Of a stretch of DNA of 64,000 bases, positions 27,192-40,059 are shown piece after piece (position 1 is the first letter of the stretch; the number at the start of each line of letters is the position of its first letter). Under the pieces are notes generated by a model, which searched no databases, was not told where the DNA came from, and saw only the letters and a list, made by a program, of their open reading frames with translations. The DNA is from Octopus sinensis (Eukaryota): the NCBI RefSeq assembly GCF_006345805.1, contig NC_043013.1, positions 4,712,001 through 4,776,000 on the forward strand, given 5' to 3'. The position numbers and the translations under genes were made by a program.

Positions 27192-27720
27192 TATGAATAT
27201 CAATAATATTAATAGTAGTAATTCTCTGTTATTAGGCCAATGTCTAATCCAAAACGTAATCTATAAGTGTACAATCACAACTGTAGAAAGTAACTTTGTA
27301 TATATAGGATGTTCAATAAATATGAAAAACGTATTAATAACCATTTTTCATTTTTTAGGCTCAAACATAAGGCCAATTGTACGTCCTTATCTAGCAAGAT
27401 TTGGGAACTGAAGGAAAGCGGAATTGAATTTAGCCTTAAATGGGATATTATAAGGAAAACGCAGCCTTATAGAGATAGTCGATACGGGTGCGAGCTGTGC
27501 TCTATGGAAACTTAAGAGTTTTTAAGTATGGGTACAAGAACAACCTGATTAATAATAGATTAGACCTAAGGGTTATCAAGCGTACATAGGGTCACCCGTA
27601 CATTTGAATATTTTCGAAATAAGCGTTTAAAGGTATTATACTTGAACCTGGATAAGGAAAATTAATTTTTAGTGTCATATCTGGTGTGAACATACCCCCT
27701 AGTATTATATATAATAAAAT
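26530..27720 (+). mobile_element. Penelope-like element 3' part (linker plus GIY-YIG) with (AAT)n expansion
   Basis: NVPFNCAISTNIYGKF...TVKISYSTLPNM; CLIQNVIYKC...VYIG...LKWDII...CELC. Confidence 0.82.
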
Positions 27721-28265
27721 CATGGGATATTGAGTTATATGATGAATTAAAGTGCATTGCATATATTATAAGCTATATGGTATAGTATATGGTATGCTAC
27801 ATGTAGTTACTATCCTATGAACACTCCTGCCTAATTAGTCTGACTTTCAGCAGCATTTTACCGACTGTTCGGGACGACTGGTGGGTCAGAACGCAGGGTG
27901 GACTTTAGCGCCTACCTGCATGCCCTGCCACAGCCCTAGGCAAAAGAGGCAGAGTGTTTTGAAAGACCGTTTCTATATAAGTGAAACATTCCGATGATCA
28001 AGCGATCCATTTGCGGCCAACATCCACTAAATGCCGTTCCAAATAAGTGGAAATTTTACCGGTGAGTGTGTTAAATAATAAAGCACTAAAAGAGAATGAC
28101 TCTCCCCAGACACAACAGAATATGCTTCAACACACGAACTCATATAAAGAATCTTGCAAACCAAATCCAAAAACGAAACATTATTTAGGTTATTTACGTT
28201 TTTATATTTTATGTAATTGTTACTATTTGTATTATTATTATAGAATCTAATTCCTTCCTATGCGA

Positions 28266-28605
28266 AGGCGCATGGCTCAGTGGTTAGAGCGTCGAGCTTA
28301 CGATCGTGAGGTTGTGAGCTCGAATCCCGGACCGGGCTGCGTGTTGTGTTCTTAAGCAAGGCACTTTATTTCACGTTGCTCCAGTTCACTCAGCTGTAGA
28401 AATGAGTTGTGATGTCACTGGTGCCAAGCTGTATCGACCTTCGTCTTTCCCTTGGATAACACAGGTGGCGTGGAGAGGGGAGGCTGGTATGCATGGGCGA
28501 CTGCTGGTCTTCCATAAACAACCTTGCCCGGACTTGTGTCTAGGAGGGTAACTTTCTAGGTGCAATCCCATGGCCATTCATGACCGAAGGGGGTCTTTAC
28601 CCCTT
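28266..28605 (+). mobile_element. SINE family 3 (tRNA-derived head)
   Basis: TGGCTCAGTGG A-box and GCTCGAATCC B-box; 12-bp direct repeat TAATTCCTTCCT at 28248-28259 and 28606-28617. Confidence 0.88.
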
Positions 28606-28706
28606 TAATTCCTTCCTTGTATCCTGCCTTCATTAACGCTTCAATGTAGTAGTTAGCATGTTTTTGAAAGCTCTCATAATTCGATGAGGGCATTTAACTG
28701 CAAGGT

Positions 28707-29297
28707 AATAAGTCTCTAAACGAGATATAAACAGTAACTGCTCTATAACATAAGGGGCATCAGCCATCTGAATGTGGCTAGGGACAGGGCGGGGTGGTGG
28801 GGGTGTTACTGATGCACTTAGCCCCAGACGATCATCGACGTCACCAGGAGGGCTGACACCATCTCGGTGTCCTCTTCAGATGGCTGATGCCCCTTATGTT
28901 ATAGAGCAGTTACTGTTTATATCTCGTTTAGAGATTTATTATTGTTTTCGAACGGTTTTTCTACATCAGTGACTGTGTTTACTGTGAAGATCCTTATATA
29001 TATGGCCTGTAGAGAGAGTCATTCGTCGGAGAACGGTGCTTACCATGCGTTGATAAGAGGCAATTACCTCGAAACCTGGTCCGTATGTAGTATCCGTATC
29101 TTCGGGGAATGATCTCCCTTTGCAGGCTAGAGGACACCGAGATGGTGTCAGCCCTCCTGGTGACGTCGATGATCGCCTGGGGCTAAATGCATCAGTAACA
29201 CCCCCACCTCCCCGCCCTGTCCCTAGCCACATTCAGATGGCTGATGCCCCTTATGTTATAGAGCAGTTACTGTTTATATCTCGTTTAGAGATTTATT
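28707..29297. mobile_element. PLE pLTR / retrozyme-like unit with inverted and tandem terminal segments
   Basis: 28707-28875 is the near-perfect reverse complement of 29129-29297; 28876-28940 repeats the final about 65 bp; a hammerhead lies in the unique part. Confidence 0.75.
29044..29087 (+). ncRNA. Minimal type I hammerhead motif, U3-A8 variant
   Basis: CATGCG TTGATAA GAGG CAATTA CCTC GAAA CCTGG TC CGTATG. Confidence 0.75.
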
Positions 29298-29656
29298 AAA
29301 TTATTATTATTATTTATTTATTAATTAAAAAATTGACAAACATTTCTTAAAGCTGTTTCAATTCAAGACCTTCAGAAAATTAATGAATAAATTAAAAATT
29401 ATTTGAAAGTCGAATCTCGTCAGGGGTAGTTTAAGATATACAAAATAGGTGTTCAATTCCTGCATATTGGGTAAACGGCTGCAAATTTATTGATTATATC
29501 TCTATTTTCTTATCTTATGATATATATTCATATATATATTTATATACACACACATATAATATATATATATATATACATAGATATATATGTATGTACGTAT
29601 GGTAAAAAAAAAACGAAGAGCAAATACAGGAAAAAGCAACAACACGAAGACGTGGT

Positions 29657-29701
<45 letters not shown>

Positions 29702-29749
29702 CTTGCACAACAAATATTTAAACGTATCTATATATATATATATAATATA

Positions 29750-29807
<58 letters not shown>

Positions 29808-30136
29808 GGAAAGTCAAGGTAGAAAATGCTAAAATAATTTATAAAAAACATTTCAGTACCGGTTTCGGTCATTGAAACCCTTTCAACTGTAAGTATGGAA
29901 GACAATTAAATTTTTGAAAAATTAAATGGAAAGTTTTTCAAAAGAATATTTGCATGGTATTCAAATACAAGGGGCATTTTCCTTGTTTCTGCCTGTCTCT
30001 GTCCCTCTTGTTTACTCTTGTGGGTTCGAGGTTGTTGTGAATTCTTCGCAAAATATTTCAAAATGTAGCCACATGTGAATCGTTGGTGATTTTTTCCCTC
30101 CGTCTTCTTTTTCCCTTGAACGTTCCTCTGTGTCCT

Positions 30137-30171
30137 GTTTCTGAAGAAGAGTTTTGCTCGAAATGTAAAAC
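30137..30171 (+). ncRNA. Minimal hammerhead motif (canonical core plus extra A)
   Basis: GTTT CTGAAGA A GAGT TTT GCTC GAAA TG TA AAAC; a sister motif lies at 39691-39725. Confidence 0.7.
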
Positions 30172-30268
30172 TGCCTTTCTTTCCTTCCCTGAGCCTCCGC
30201 TAATACTTTACATGTACCACGTTCTCGCGTTGTTGCTTTTTTCTGTATTTGTTCTTCGTTTTTTTTTA

Positions 30269-30409
<141 letters not shown>

Positions 30410-30436
30410 CGTACATACATATATATGTATAATATA

Positions 30437-30477
<41 letters not shown>

Positions 30478-30629
30478 CATACATACATACATATATACAT
30501 ATATATATACGTATATATATATATATATATATATACATATACGCACACACATATATATACATGTATATATAATATATGTATATATATATACATATATACA
30601 TATATATATATGTATATATATATATATAA

Positions 30630-32470
30630 GACTCTAAACAGTACCTACCCTTTGATTCATGCCACCCACGACACACTAGAATGAATGTCCCTTTTTGTTT
30701 AGCTAGAAGGATTTGCACCATAATATCAGACACAAACACCCGACACACACGTCTCCAGGAACTTAGAACCACACTCACAAATAGAAACTATCCACAGCCC
30801 CTAATAGACAGTGCAATCCACGGGTACTTAAATTAAGTATAGAAGACCTGAGACAAACAAAACCAAAAAAGAAAGAACAATTAAAAACCCTTCCCTACAT
30901 CTCTACACACAACCCACTCAACAATGAGGCCTTCAACACCATACTACAAAGCACAGCCCTACTAAAGGGAGACCCAAAGATGAACCGGATCCTCGAAACA
31001 CACACCATCATTAAAAGTAAACGGCAACCAAAATCCTTGAAAAGGATTTTAACCCAAGCTACACTGCACTCAACATCAACCACAAAACCAGCAGTTAGAA
31101 AATGTGGAAGGCCTAACTGCGGAATCTGTGTCATCTTGAAAGAAGGATCAGAATTTATACTGGAACAAGGCCACCAGTTCACCATTAGAACAAACTTCAC
31201 CTGCGCATCAGAAAACTTAATTTACGTCATAACATGCGCAGGCTGCAATAGGCAGTATATAGGCCATACAAAAAATAGCTTACGTAACAGGATGGCGGTG
31301 CATAAATCACAAATTAGAAACCCTGATTACCGCAAAATACCGGTCAGCGGACACATAGATAGATGTGCTTCAAATAAAAATCCCAAATTCACAACTAACC
31401 CGCTCTATAAATTCAGTGACAACGCAACCTTCACACAACGCCAAAATAAAGAACTATATTTCATAAAAAAATTTAGACCAAGTTTAAACACCCTGGGCCA
31501 GGAATACTAAAACAAAAGATAAGTCCTCCGAAAAGGAGAAGCAAAATTCCACCACGGCCGCTACCTTAAACAGACACTCGCACTGACGGAAATATGCCTT
31601 AGTAAAAAAGGGGAAAAAAATTCTTTCGTGCAAATCTGACCCTGATACATACGATACAGCTAAGGATCAGACCCGATTCTGATTGGTCAACACGTTGATG
31701 ACGTCTAGTTCTACTAGAATGGACAGGATACAAACAGGGGACAGTCATTAGTCAGAATATTGATGACGTCCTTTTCTGCTTGACTAGTCACCTAACAAGT
31801 ACAGACAGGGGCAGATCTAATGTAGCTATAAGTCGTGATTGGGCAGAATCTGGATGACGTCCCGTTCTGCTTGACTAAGCCACCTAACGAAGCGACTGGT
31901 CAAAACAGGAAACAGACAAGAGGCAGTTATAATACAGCGATTGGTCAAAATGATGATGACGTCCCGTTCTGCTTGACTAAAGCCACCTAACGAAACGATT
32001 GGTCAAAACGTTGATGACGTCACGCTACGCTGGACTGACCACCTAACAGGCATTATAAAACCGAGCAATTCACAAGACTCACTAGAACCACCCAGCGAAC
32101 ACCCACCATGGGTCATCACAATTGCTTAAGGTAAAAATGAATTCCTCGCCCTTTCGGAAACATCAATCTTCTGTATTGACTGCTTTCCACCACTTTGATC
32201 TGTTTTTTGTATTGAATACGTATCGCCACCGTGGGCCACTGCATCGAACACTTTGAACATATAGCATGAATGAACTTACTTCAAACTATATATCAACTAT
32301 ACATGAACTCTAAGATGTCTGACTCCGTTGTGTATTATAAATGAATTTCTTGTGTTTGACGGCATGAGCTGTCTTTTTTTATATATAACTTTTTTTGATA
32401 AGGTTCATTTCAGGAACTGAAACATGTTATAATGTATATATAAAAATTAAAAATTGTATAATATAGCAGC
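30630..32470 (+). mobile_element. Penelope-like element 3' half (RT thumb, GIY-YIG ORF 30980-31510, 3' pLTR)
   Basis: CGRPNCGIC...NFTCASENLIYVITCAGCNRQYIGHTKNSLRNRM...KELYFIKKFRPSLN. Confidence 0.9.
31681..32060 (+). promoter_or_regulatory. Putative PLE-internal Pol II promoter: five CCAAT + CRE-like modules, then TATA
   Basis: ATTGG/ATTAG at 31682, 31747, 31838, 31940, 31998, each followed 17 bp later by TGACGTC; TATAAAA at 32054. Confidence 0.55.
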
Positions 32471-32490
32471 ATTTTCGAACTTCATTTTTT

Positions 32491-32575
<85 letters not shown>

Positions 32576-33269
32576 AATAGATAACAAAATAGAGAGACAA
32601 TTAATAAATCATTATTATATTAATTAAAAAATTGATAAACATCTTTTACAACTGTTTCATTTCAAGACCATCAGAAAATTAGTTAATAAAATTAAAAATG
32701 ATTTGCAAGTCAAATCTCGTCAGAGGTATACAAAATAGGTTGAGTAAATGGCTGCAAACCATTAACTAATAAAATTTATACTTAAAGAACATAGTTTAAA
32801 ACATGGTATAGACCTTAGAAAGGGGAGGAAGGTAGTGTGTATATTGGAGTTGTAAAGTAATAATAGATCGATATATTCATCTCGGGTGTTTAGTAAAAGA
32901 AATGCTCAAGTAGGTATATTGGTATAAATGTCATATATTGTGATATTATGTCCATCCATATTAAAACAATAGTAAATTAGTATTCTTTTATTCTTTATTT
33001 GTTTCAGTCATTGGACTACAGCCATGCTGCAGCACCTTCTTCAGTCGAGCAAATATGGGTCAGTTCAACAAGATTGATCAAAACTTATTAAAAATTATTT
33101 AAATAGTTAAATTTATTGCCTTCAAAACCGGAAATAGTTATTTAATATAGAGGTGATTCGCTAAAGAACAGCTGGGAATAATCTAAATTAGGGACATACC
33201 AACACGAAACCAGGTAGAAATAAATATGTATTTTTTACAGTGAATTATAAAAAAAATATATATTAAAAA

Positions 33270-33585
33270 ATATGTTCCGTTTTTGGATTTGGTTTGCACG
33301 ATTCTTTATATGAGTTCGTGTGATGAAGCATATTCTGTTGTGTCTGGGGAGTCATTTTCTTTTTGTGCCTTATAATGTAACACACTCACCGGTAAAATTT
33401 CCACTTGTTTCGTATTTTCATTTTCCTAAAATTTTCGTTGCGTCTTGCAATCTTTTCAATAGTCTTGACTCTTGATGCAACGAAAATTTTAGGAAAATAG
33501 AAATAAGAAATAAGTGGAAATTTTACCGGTGAGTGTGTTACATTATAAGGCACAAAAAGAAAACGACTCTCCCCAGACACAACAA
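33270..33585. mobile_element. Foldback MITE; a related single arm lies at about 28040-28200
   Basis: About 110-bp inverted arms containing CACTCACCGGTAAAATTTCCAC around a short spacer. Confidence 0.8.
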
Positions 33586-33649
33586 AAAATGTATGAAAAT
33601 ATATTTTTTAAATATATAAAAATATAAAGTACTGAGCAAAAACATTCAA

Positions 33650-34642
33650 ATCAATTAACACAGATGCTAAGAAAATTATGTATTCAAGACAAAACTGAGC
33701 CTTTTGTAGCTGTAAGGCCCCACATCACGCTTAAGGACCACAAAGAAAACTTTTTAACTGATCCTAAAGTTAGGATTATATGCCCTGAAAAACCTGATTT
33801 AGGCAAACTTAGCAAAATTATCCTGGACTAATACATACCTTCACTTAAATATAAGATAGCTCTACAATTATGGTCTAACACGCAGAATGCATTAACTTGG
33901 TTTTCTAATATTCAGCATAAATGCAAATACAGATTCCTACTGATCGACGTTGAAAATTACTATTCCTCTATAAATCCTTCTGTATTAAATAGTGCACTCT
34001 TATTTGCAAGAAAAAATACGAGTATTTCTATGAAGGAAATTAATGTAATTCTTACAGCAAGTAAATCACTTATAAAATTCAACAATAAATTATGGGCAAG
34101 GAAAGATACCCCTGACTGCTTTGATGTAACAATGGGCTCCCCAGATTCTGCCCAGCTCACTAGTAGGAATTTATCTTCTCCGCTGCATAATGAATTCCCA
34201 GAGATTGGGGGGAGGATCATATAGGGATGATGCATAGTTTATTGTAAAATTACAATAATAATAGCAAGGGTAAAAACTTGAATAGAACTAACACTAAGCC
34301 GAATTGTAATTTGAAGATTAAGATTATGAAGGAAATCACACCTGATAATAAAAATAATAGAAATAAAAATAACTATATACCTAATAAATATAAAACAGGC
34401 AACAATACCCCCACTTTTAATAGAAATGATAAATTATCTAATAATAATATATGGTTGATTTTGCTTTTTGCAATGCAAATTAAAAGTAACTTGATAAAAT
34501 CAATCCTTTCAACTATTAACAAGCATTTTAATTATAACAATAGGTATCATGAAATTATCAATAATAAAATTATTATTTGATATAGTTTAACCCCTAACCT
34601 TGCAACTATCATATCTTCTATAAATAATAGGAAATTAGACAT
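33650..34642 (+). mobile_element. Penelope-like RT fragment, degraded and deleted
   Basis: PHITLKDHKENF...PKVRII, LIDVENYYSSI, FDVTMGSPDSAQ. Confidence 0.85.
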
Positions 34643-34646
34643 TCTA

Positions 34647-35648
34647 GTTTGACCCTATGGACCCAATCAGCCAAAAGTCTGGTTTTGCCGGACTGCTTGA
34701 GGATGGCCGGGTACAGGTATCCGGTGATGCTTGAGGGACGCCCCCCCCCCACCACCAAGTGTCACCTGTGCCTGGAGACCGGCCATATTAAGAAAAACTG
34801 CCCCAGGGACCAAAGTAGGATCCTGGAGCAGTTGATATCGGAGCCTCTCCCTGCCCCCCCCCCCAATAGAGGGAGAGAAACAGAGCGGGGAAGCGACGAC
34901 TTCCTCAACAAGAAAGAGAAAAATGGGGAGCAATGGCGACCCACCAAAAGACCCGGAACCTGCGGGAGAAGAAGAGAACCCGGTGTGTGCAACACCGAAA
35001 CCTCAACCTCCCGCGGCCCAAGGTAAAAAGAAGAAAAGGAAGAGGAGAAACGGGACGCCGCCGGCGGATTGTGATACGCAGACGGCGTCTCCCAAGTCTT
35101 CTCGGGCGGGTGTGCCGCCTGAGGAACAACTTGTGGAACAATTTTTGGTCCTCTTTTTTAAAGGTGGAACAGTGGAAGGTGAGATGAGTAAAATGAGAAA
35201 GCGGGGCCATTGGGAGGGACTTCGATCCTGCACGGAGGACCCCGGGTGGCCTTCGCAGCTGGCTGCGGAGGTCATAGGGAGGGGTAATCTGGGCAGGATC
35301 GCGCATTCCTTCCCGATGGACTCATTTCAAATTATACCTCTAGACCACGACCTGACCAGCGATGATTGCCTCGTTGAGGCAAGAGCGCTGGTCGGCCGGG
35401 TAACATAGACTTATTGAACATTGTATTGTATTGAAAAAGAAGTTTATTGCCTCTGGTAAAATTTGTAAAATTTGAAATTTTTGTGAAATTTTGAAAAAAA
35501 AAGGAACAATGTCTTAGAGAAGCGAGGGTCGGCGGGCGCTCTTGTCTTCTCCCATCACCATCTTCGTCCATCACCATCATTCATTAATGTTTTTTGTCCA
35601 GCCCGCAGCTACTCTATGTACTGCCCTAGTGGCAAATCTTATGAAATA
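34647..35648 (+). mobile_element. Second, 5'-truncated copy of the ORF1-only element
   Basis: LTLWTQSAKSLVLPD...VMLEGRPP...KCHLCLETGHIKKNCP; 3' UTR homologous to 5930-6086. Confidence 0.88.
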
Positions 35649-36035
35649 AAGTAGCTTGCTAACCAACCACATGGTTCCGGGTTCAGTCCCACTGCGTGGC
35701 ATCTTGGATAAGTGTCTTCTGCTATAGCCCCGGGCCGACCAATGCCTTGTGAGTGGATTTGGTAGACGGAAACTGAAAGAAGCCTGTCGTATATATGTAT
35801 ATATATATGTGTGTGTGTGTGTTTTTGTGTGTCTGTGTTTGTCCCCCTAGCATTGCTTGACAACCGATGCTGGTGTGTTTACGTCCCCGTAACTTAGCGG
35901 TACGGCAAAAGAGACCGATAGAATAAGTACTGGGCTTACAAAGAATAAGTCCTGGGGGTCGATTTGCTTGACTAAAGGCGGTGCTCCAGCATGGCCGCAG
36001 TCAAATGACTGAAACAAGTAAATGAGTAAAAGAGT
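35649..36035 (+). mobile_element. SINE family 1 body lacking its first about 22 bp
   Basis: Begins AAGTAGCTTGCTAACCAACC directly after the ORF1-only element. Confidence 0.92.
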
Positions 36036-36899
36036 ATACTATGTGTACAGTATATCTTTCACCTCTCTCATAATAATCTAACCTTTTTCTTCCCCTAATA
36101 TATTTATTTCTTACCCTGTATATTTATCTTTTCATATCTATATCTTTACAACTAATCCTTTCAATTATTTTCTGGTTACTTGGCTTTACTATTTAAACTA
36201 TATTTGGTCCTACCTCCACCTATATATACATACTATAATTACAGTTTACTTTTACCCATCTCCTAACACACTATTATTTTCTCTTTATTCCAGCCTTTAA
36301 TGAATTAATTAATACTCTATATACCAGCCTTTAATTAATTAGATAATTTATATTTCATAGTTTTCTTTCTATTTCTTAGTTGATTCCTTTTATATTTTTA
36401 GTTAAAAACTACTTAACTTATTATTTAGCATAATTTTTTTACCTCATACCTTGCACATATCTCCTACGACTCTAAGCTGCACCTTATTTATCGAGCCCAA
36501 TTTTTATTATTTATTTCTTTGTTTCTAGCAACTTATCTCTTACCCTCCGCTTGACAGTTTTTCTATTGATTTTTCTATATCTCAAGCATAGTAATTCCTT
36601 CTGTATCCGCCTCTCTCTCTCTCTCTCTCTCTTTCTACATATTGCTATCTCATGTACAATAATTTTTTATAGAGTGGAGAAGGTCTATGAGGTATTGTGC
36701 GAGCCTTATTGGACCTAAAACTCTGCACAGGCATTGCTAACCTCTGCTCGATATGTACTGTTTTTTTTATATATATATATATTTATTTTATTTTCAGTAT
36801 GTATGTATCTTTATTTTATTTTTATTCGGAAGTCCTGTGACGAGGGTAAGGTGGCAAAGCGTGCAGACCTGACGAGTTGGAAGCATGTAGTCAGAAACC

Positions 36900-37375
36900 T
36901 GCACATAGGCAGCTCATGCTAGATATAAAGTTGTCTCCTTGTCGCCCAAGACAGAGATAGGATTCGGATGCTGCATGGGTGTCTGAGAGATTGGAGTGGT
37001 AGGCGACTAAGATCAGACTCCGCATAAGTGCCAACAAGACAAAGATCATAAGAATTAGATATGTTGATGAGAACAACAATGGCGTCCCCTTGATGACTAG
37101 ACAACACCAAATCAAAGAAGTTGATGAGTTCACCTATTTGGTCAGTTGGTAGCCAATGACAGAGGTGCTAAACCCGACGTTTCCTGCCGGATATGGAAGG
37201 CCTCGGCAGTCTTTCAAAGACTCAAATCCATCTGGGCAGGCAAGGCGATTTCGACCAAGACCAAAGTCTTCAACAGCATTGTTATACCATCGGCAATATA
37301 CGCTGCAGAAACGTGGAAGACATCAGCAAAGATCGGGCTAAGGTTCAATGTATTTCAGCTACGATGCCTCCAGAG
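36900..37375 (+). mobile_element. RTE-clade LINE RT fragment
   Basis: EVDEFTYL, RIWKASAVFQRLKSIW, YAAETW. Confidence 0.8.
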
Positions 37376-38119
<744 letters not shown>

Positions 38120-38284
38120 TTATACATCATGGTGGCTTGCTCTTGAGACGCATGCACATTTCTCTCATCCTTAAAATTCTGAAGAATTTCAAAGAAAATC
38201 TCCGAGTAACTTAGAATAATTCCAAGTCGATTCTGATGTTTTTGATACCTGTTATAAATTCAATCTTGTCTCCTGCAGCCCAGC

Positions 38285-38765
38285 AATATCTATGTTGAGC
38301 CTCTTTAGTTCACGGTCAATGATCCCCAAGGACATACTCTACGGAGAGCTTGCTAGGGGTACTAGGTCTGTGGGTAGACCGATCTTACGTTACAAGGATG
38401 TTTGCAAAAGGGACATGAAGGCCTGCAACATCAATATTAGCGGTTGGGAGGCGGTTGCCGGCAACCGTGGAGAATGGCGACGTACAGTAAAAGAGGGAAT
38501 ACAAAGGAGTGACAGGGAGAGAGAGAGAGAGAGGAGAAATGGAAAGAAAAGAAGAGACATCAACAAGAGACTATGGCATTACAACCAGCCAGGAACAGTC
38601 TTCGCTATATTTGCGATACCTGCCAGAGGGAGTGTTTGTCCAGGATAGGACTACACAGCCACAGCAGGAAATGTACCAGGACATGAAATGTAAAAGCCGG
38701 ACTAGACTACTTTATGCGCAACTCCATTGTCTCCCGAGACAGAAAGGATGCCAATACAATACAAT
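38285..38765 (+). mobile_element. RTE (BovB-like) LINE 3' end
   Basis: PKDILYGELARGTRSVGRPILRYKDVCKRDMK; (CAATA)n tail. Confidence 0.85.
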
Positions 38766-38931
38766 ATAAATTCAATAAAGATCGAATCTGCACCAGAATC
38801 TCGGTGAAAATCAAACTTTATTCTTACAGTTAAATTCATCGAGCAAACTCGTATCGACGTCAACAAACCGGCGACATTAATTTGTTCGCAAATTTCAATT
38901 TCATGGTAACACATTTCGTTTTCTTCAACAC

Positions 38932-39090
38932 TATACACTCTGTGTCACGCTGAATATCCCCGAGAACTACGTTAAGGGTACACGTGTCTGTGGAGTGCTC
39001 AGCCACTTACACGTTAATTTCACGAGCAGGCTGTTCCGTTGATTCGGATCAACCGGAACCCTCATCGTCGTAACCGACGGAGTGCTTCCA
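38932..39090 (+). mobile_element. Probable 5'-truncated SINE body
   Basis: Recognised from memory as a common repeat of this type; no head present and no second copy in the window. Confidence 0.4.
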
Positions 39091-39406
39091 TCCCCCATAC
39101 TGGATCATACGAACGTATTGCAGTTTTTGTTTCATTTTGCCATCGAGTATTATCAGGAACTGAAAATTTTTCATTGAGGGAAAATTGCATGTGTTTACAT
39201 TTATCGGAACTCCTCGCAACGACGAAAGTGTAACTGTTTCCTCCTGTGACAGCTTCTCATTTCATGGTAAACAAATAGGCATTATTAGATATATATTTTT
39301 TCAGGTTTTCAGACAAACTCTACATATGTCCCCTACCCCCGTATTTGTAGATTTTCAGGTGAAAGTAATGTGAGACAAACAATTGATAACACAGTCTCCT
39401 TATAAA

Positions 39407-39441
<35 letters not shown>

Positions 39442-39528
39442 ATCTCCCATACATACTGATTTATCCGTCTGTTTTTTGCTTATATCTTCTTTCTCTCTTC
39501 ACTTCTCCCCCCCTCTCTCTCTCTCTCT

Positions 39529-39564
<36 letters not shown>

Positions 39565-39690
39565 CATCTCCCGTACACACCGATTTATTTATCTCTGTCT
39601 TGTCTTTCCTCGATCGCCGTATCTTTCTCTCCATTACTCTTGCGGGTTTTTCCCTCTGTCTTCCCTTCTCGGGATCTTTCCTTCTCCCAT

Positions 39691-39725
39691 GTTTCCGACG
39701 AAGAGCTCCGCTCGAAACGTTAAAC
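39691..39725 (+). ncRNA. Minimal hammerhead motif with U4-to-C change, in a PLE pLTR fragment (about 39560-39850)
   Basis: GTTT CCGACGA A GAGC TCC GCTC GAAA CG TT AAAC. Confidence 0.6.
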
Positions 39726-40010
39726 CCTCCTTCTTCCCTTCTCTCCTGAGCGTCCAATAATACTATATTTGTTCCACGTCCTCGCGTTGTTGTGTTTTTT
39801 TTGTGCTTTCTTGTTTGGATTAACTGGTTTCTTTTGTTATCTTACCGATTTACCAATATATATATATATATATATATATACACGTCCTCTCACTTTCTTC
39901 TGTTCTTTTCACTGCCTTTACATCTCTTTTCTCTCTGCCCCACCTCATCACCTCTACATCTCTCTCACTCTCTCTATCTATCACTCTGCTTTCTTCACCA
40001 TCTCACTCTC

Positions 40011-40045
<35 letters not shown>

Positions 40046-40059
40046 TTCCCTATATCTGT

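Noticed and set aside
26893-27411. 172-aa Asn-rich ORF
   Set aside because: It is a Penelope linker with an (AAT)n expansion running into a frameshifted GIY-YIG domain.
28266-28345. tRNA genes at SINE heads (also 18089, 51158, 17600-17680)
   Set aside because: A/B boxes are present, but the cloverleaf is imperfect and each continues into a SINE body.
29330-29380. Hammerhead-like CTGAAGG...GAAA (and CTGATGG at about 32630-32690), minus strand
   Set aside because: A9 is replaced by G and there is no clear stem II; at best these are decayed relics.
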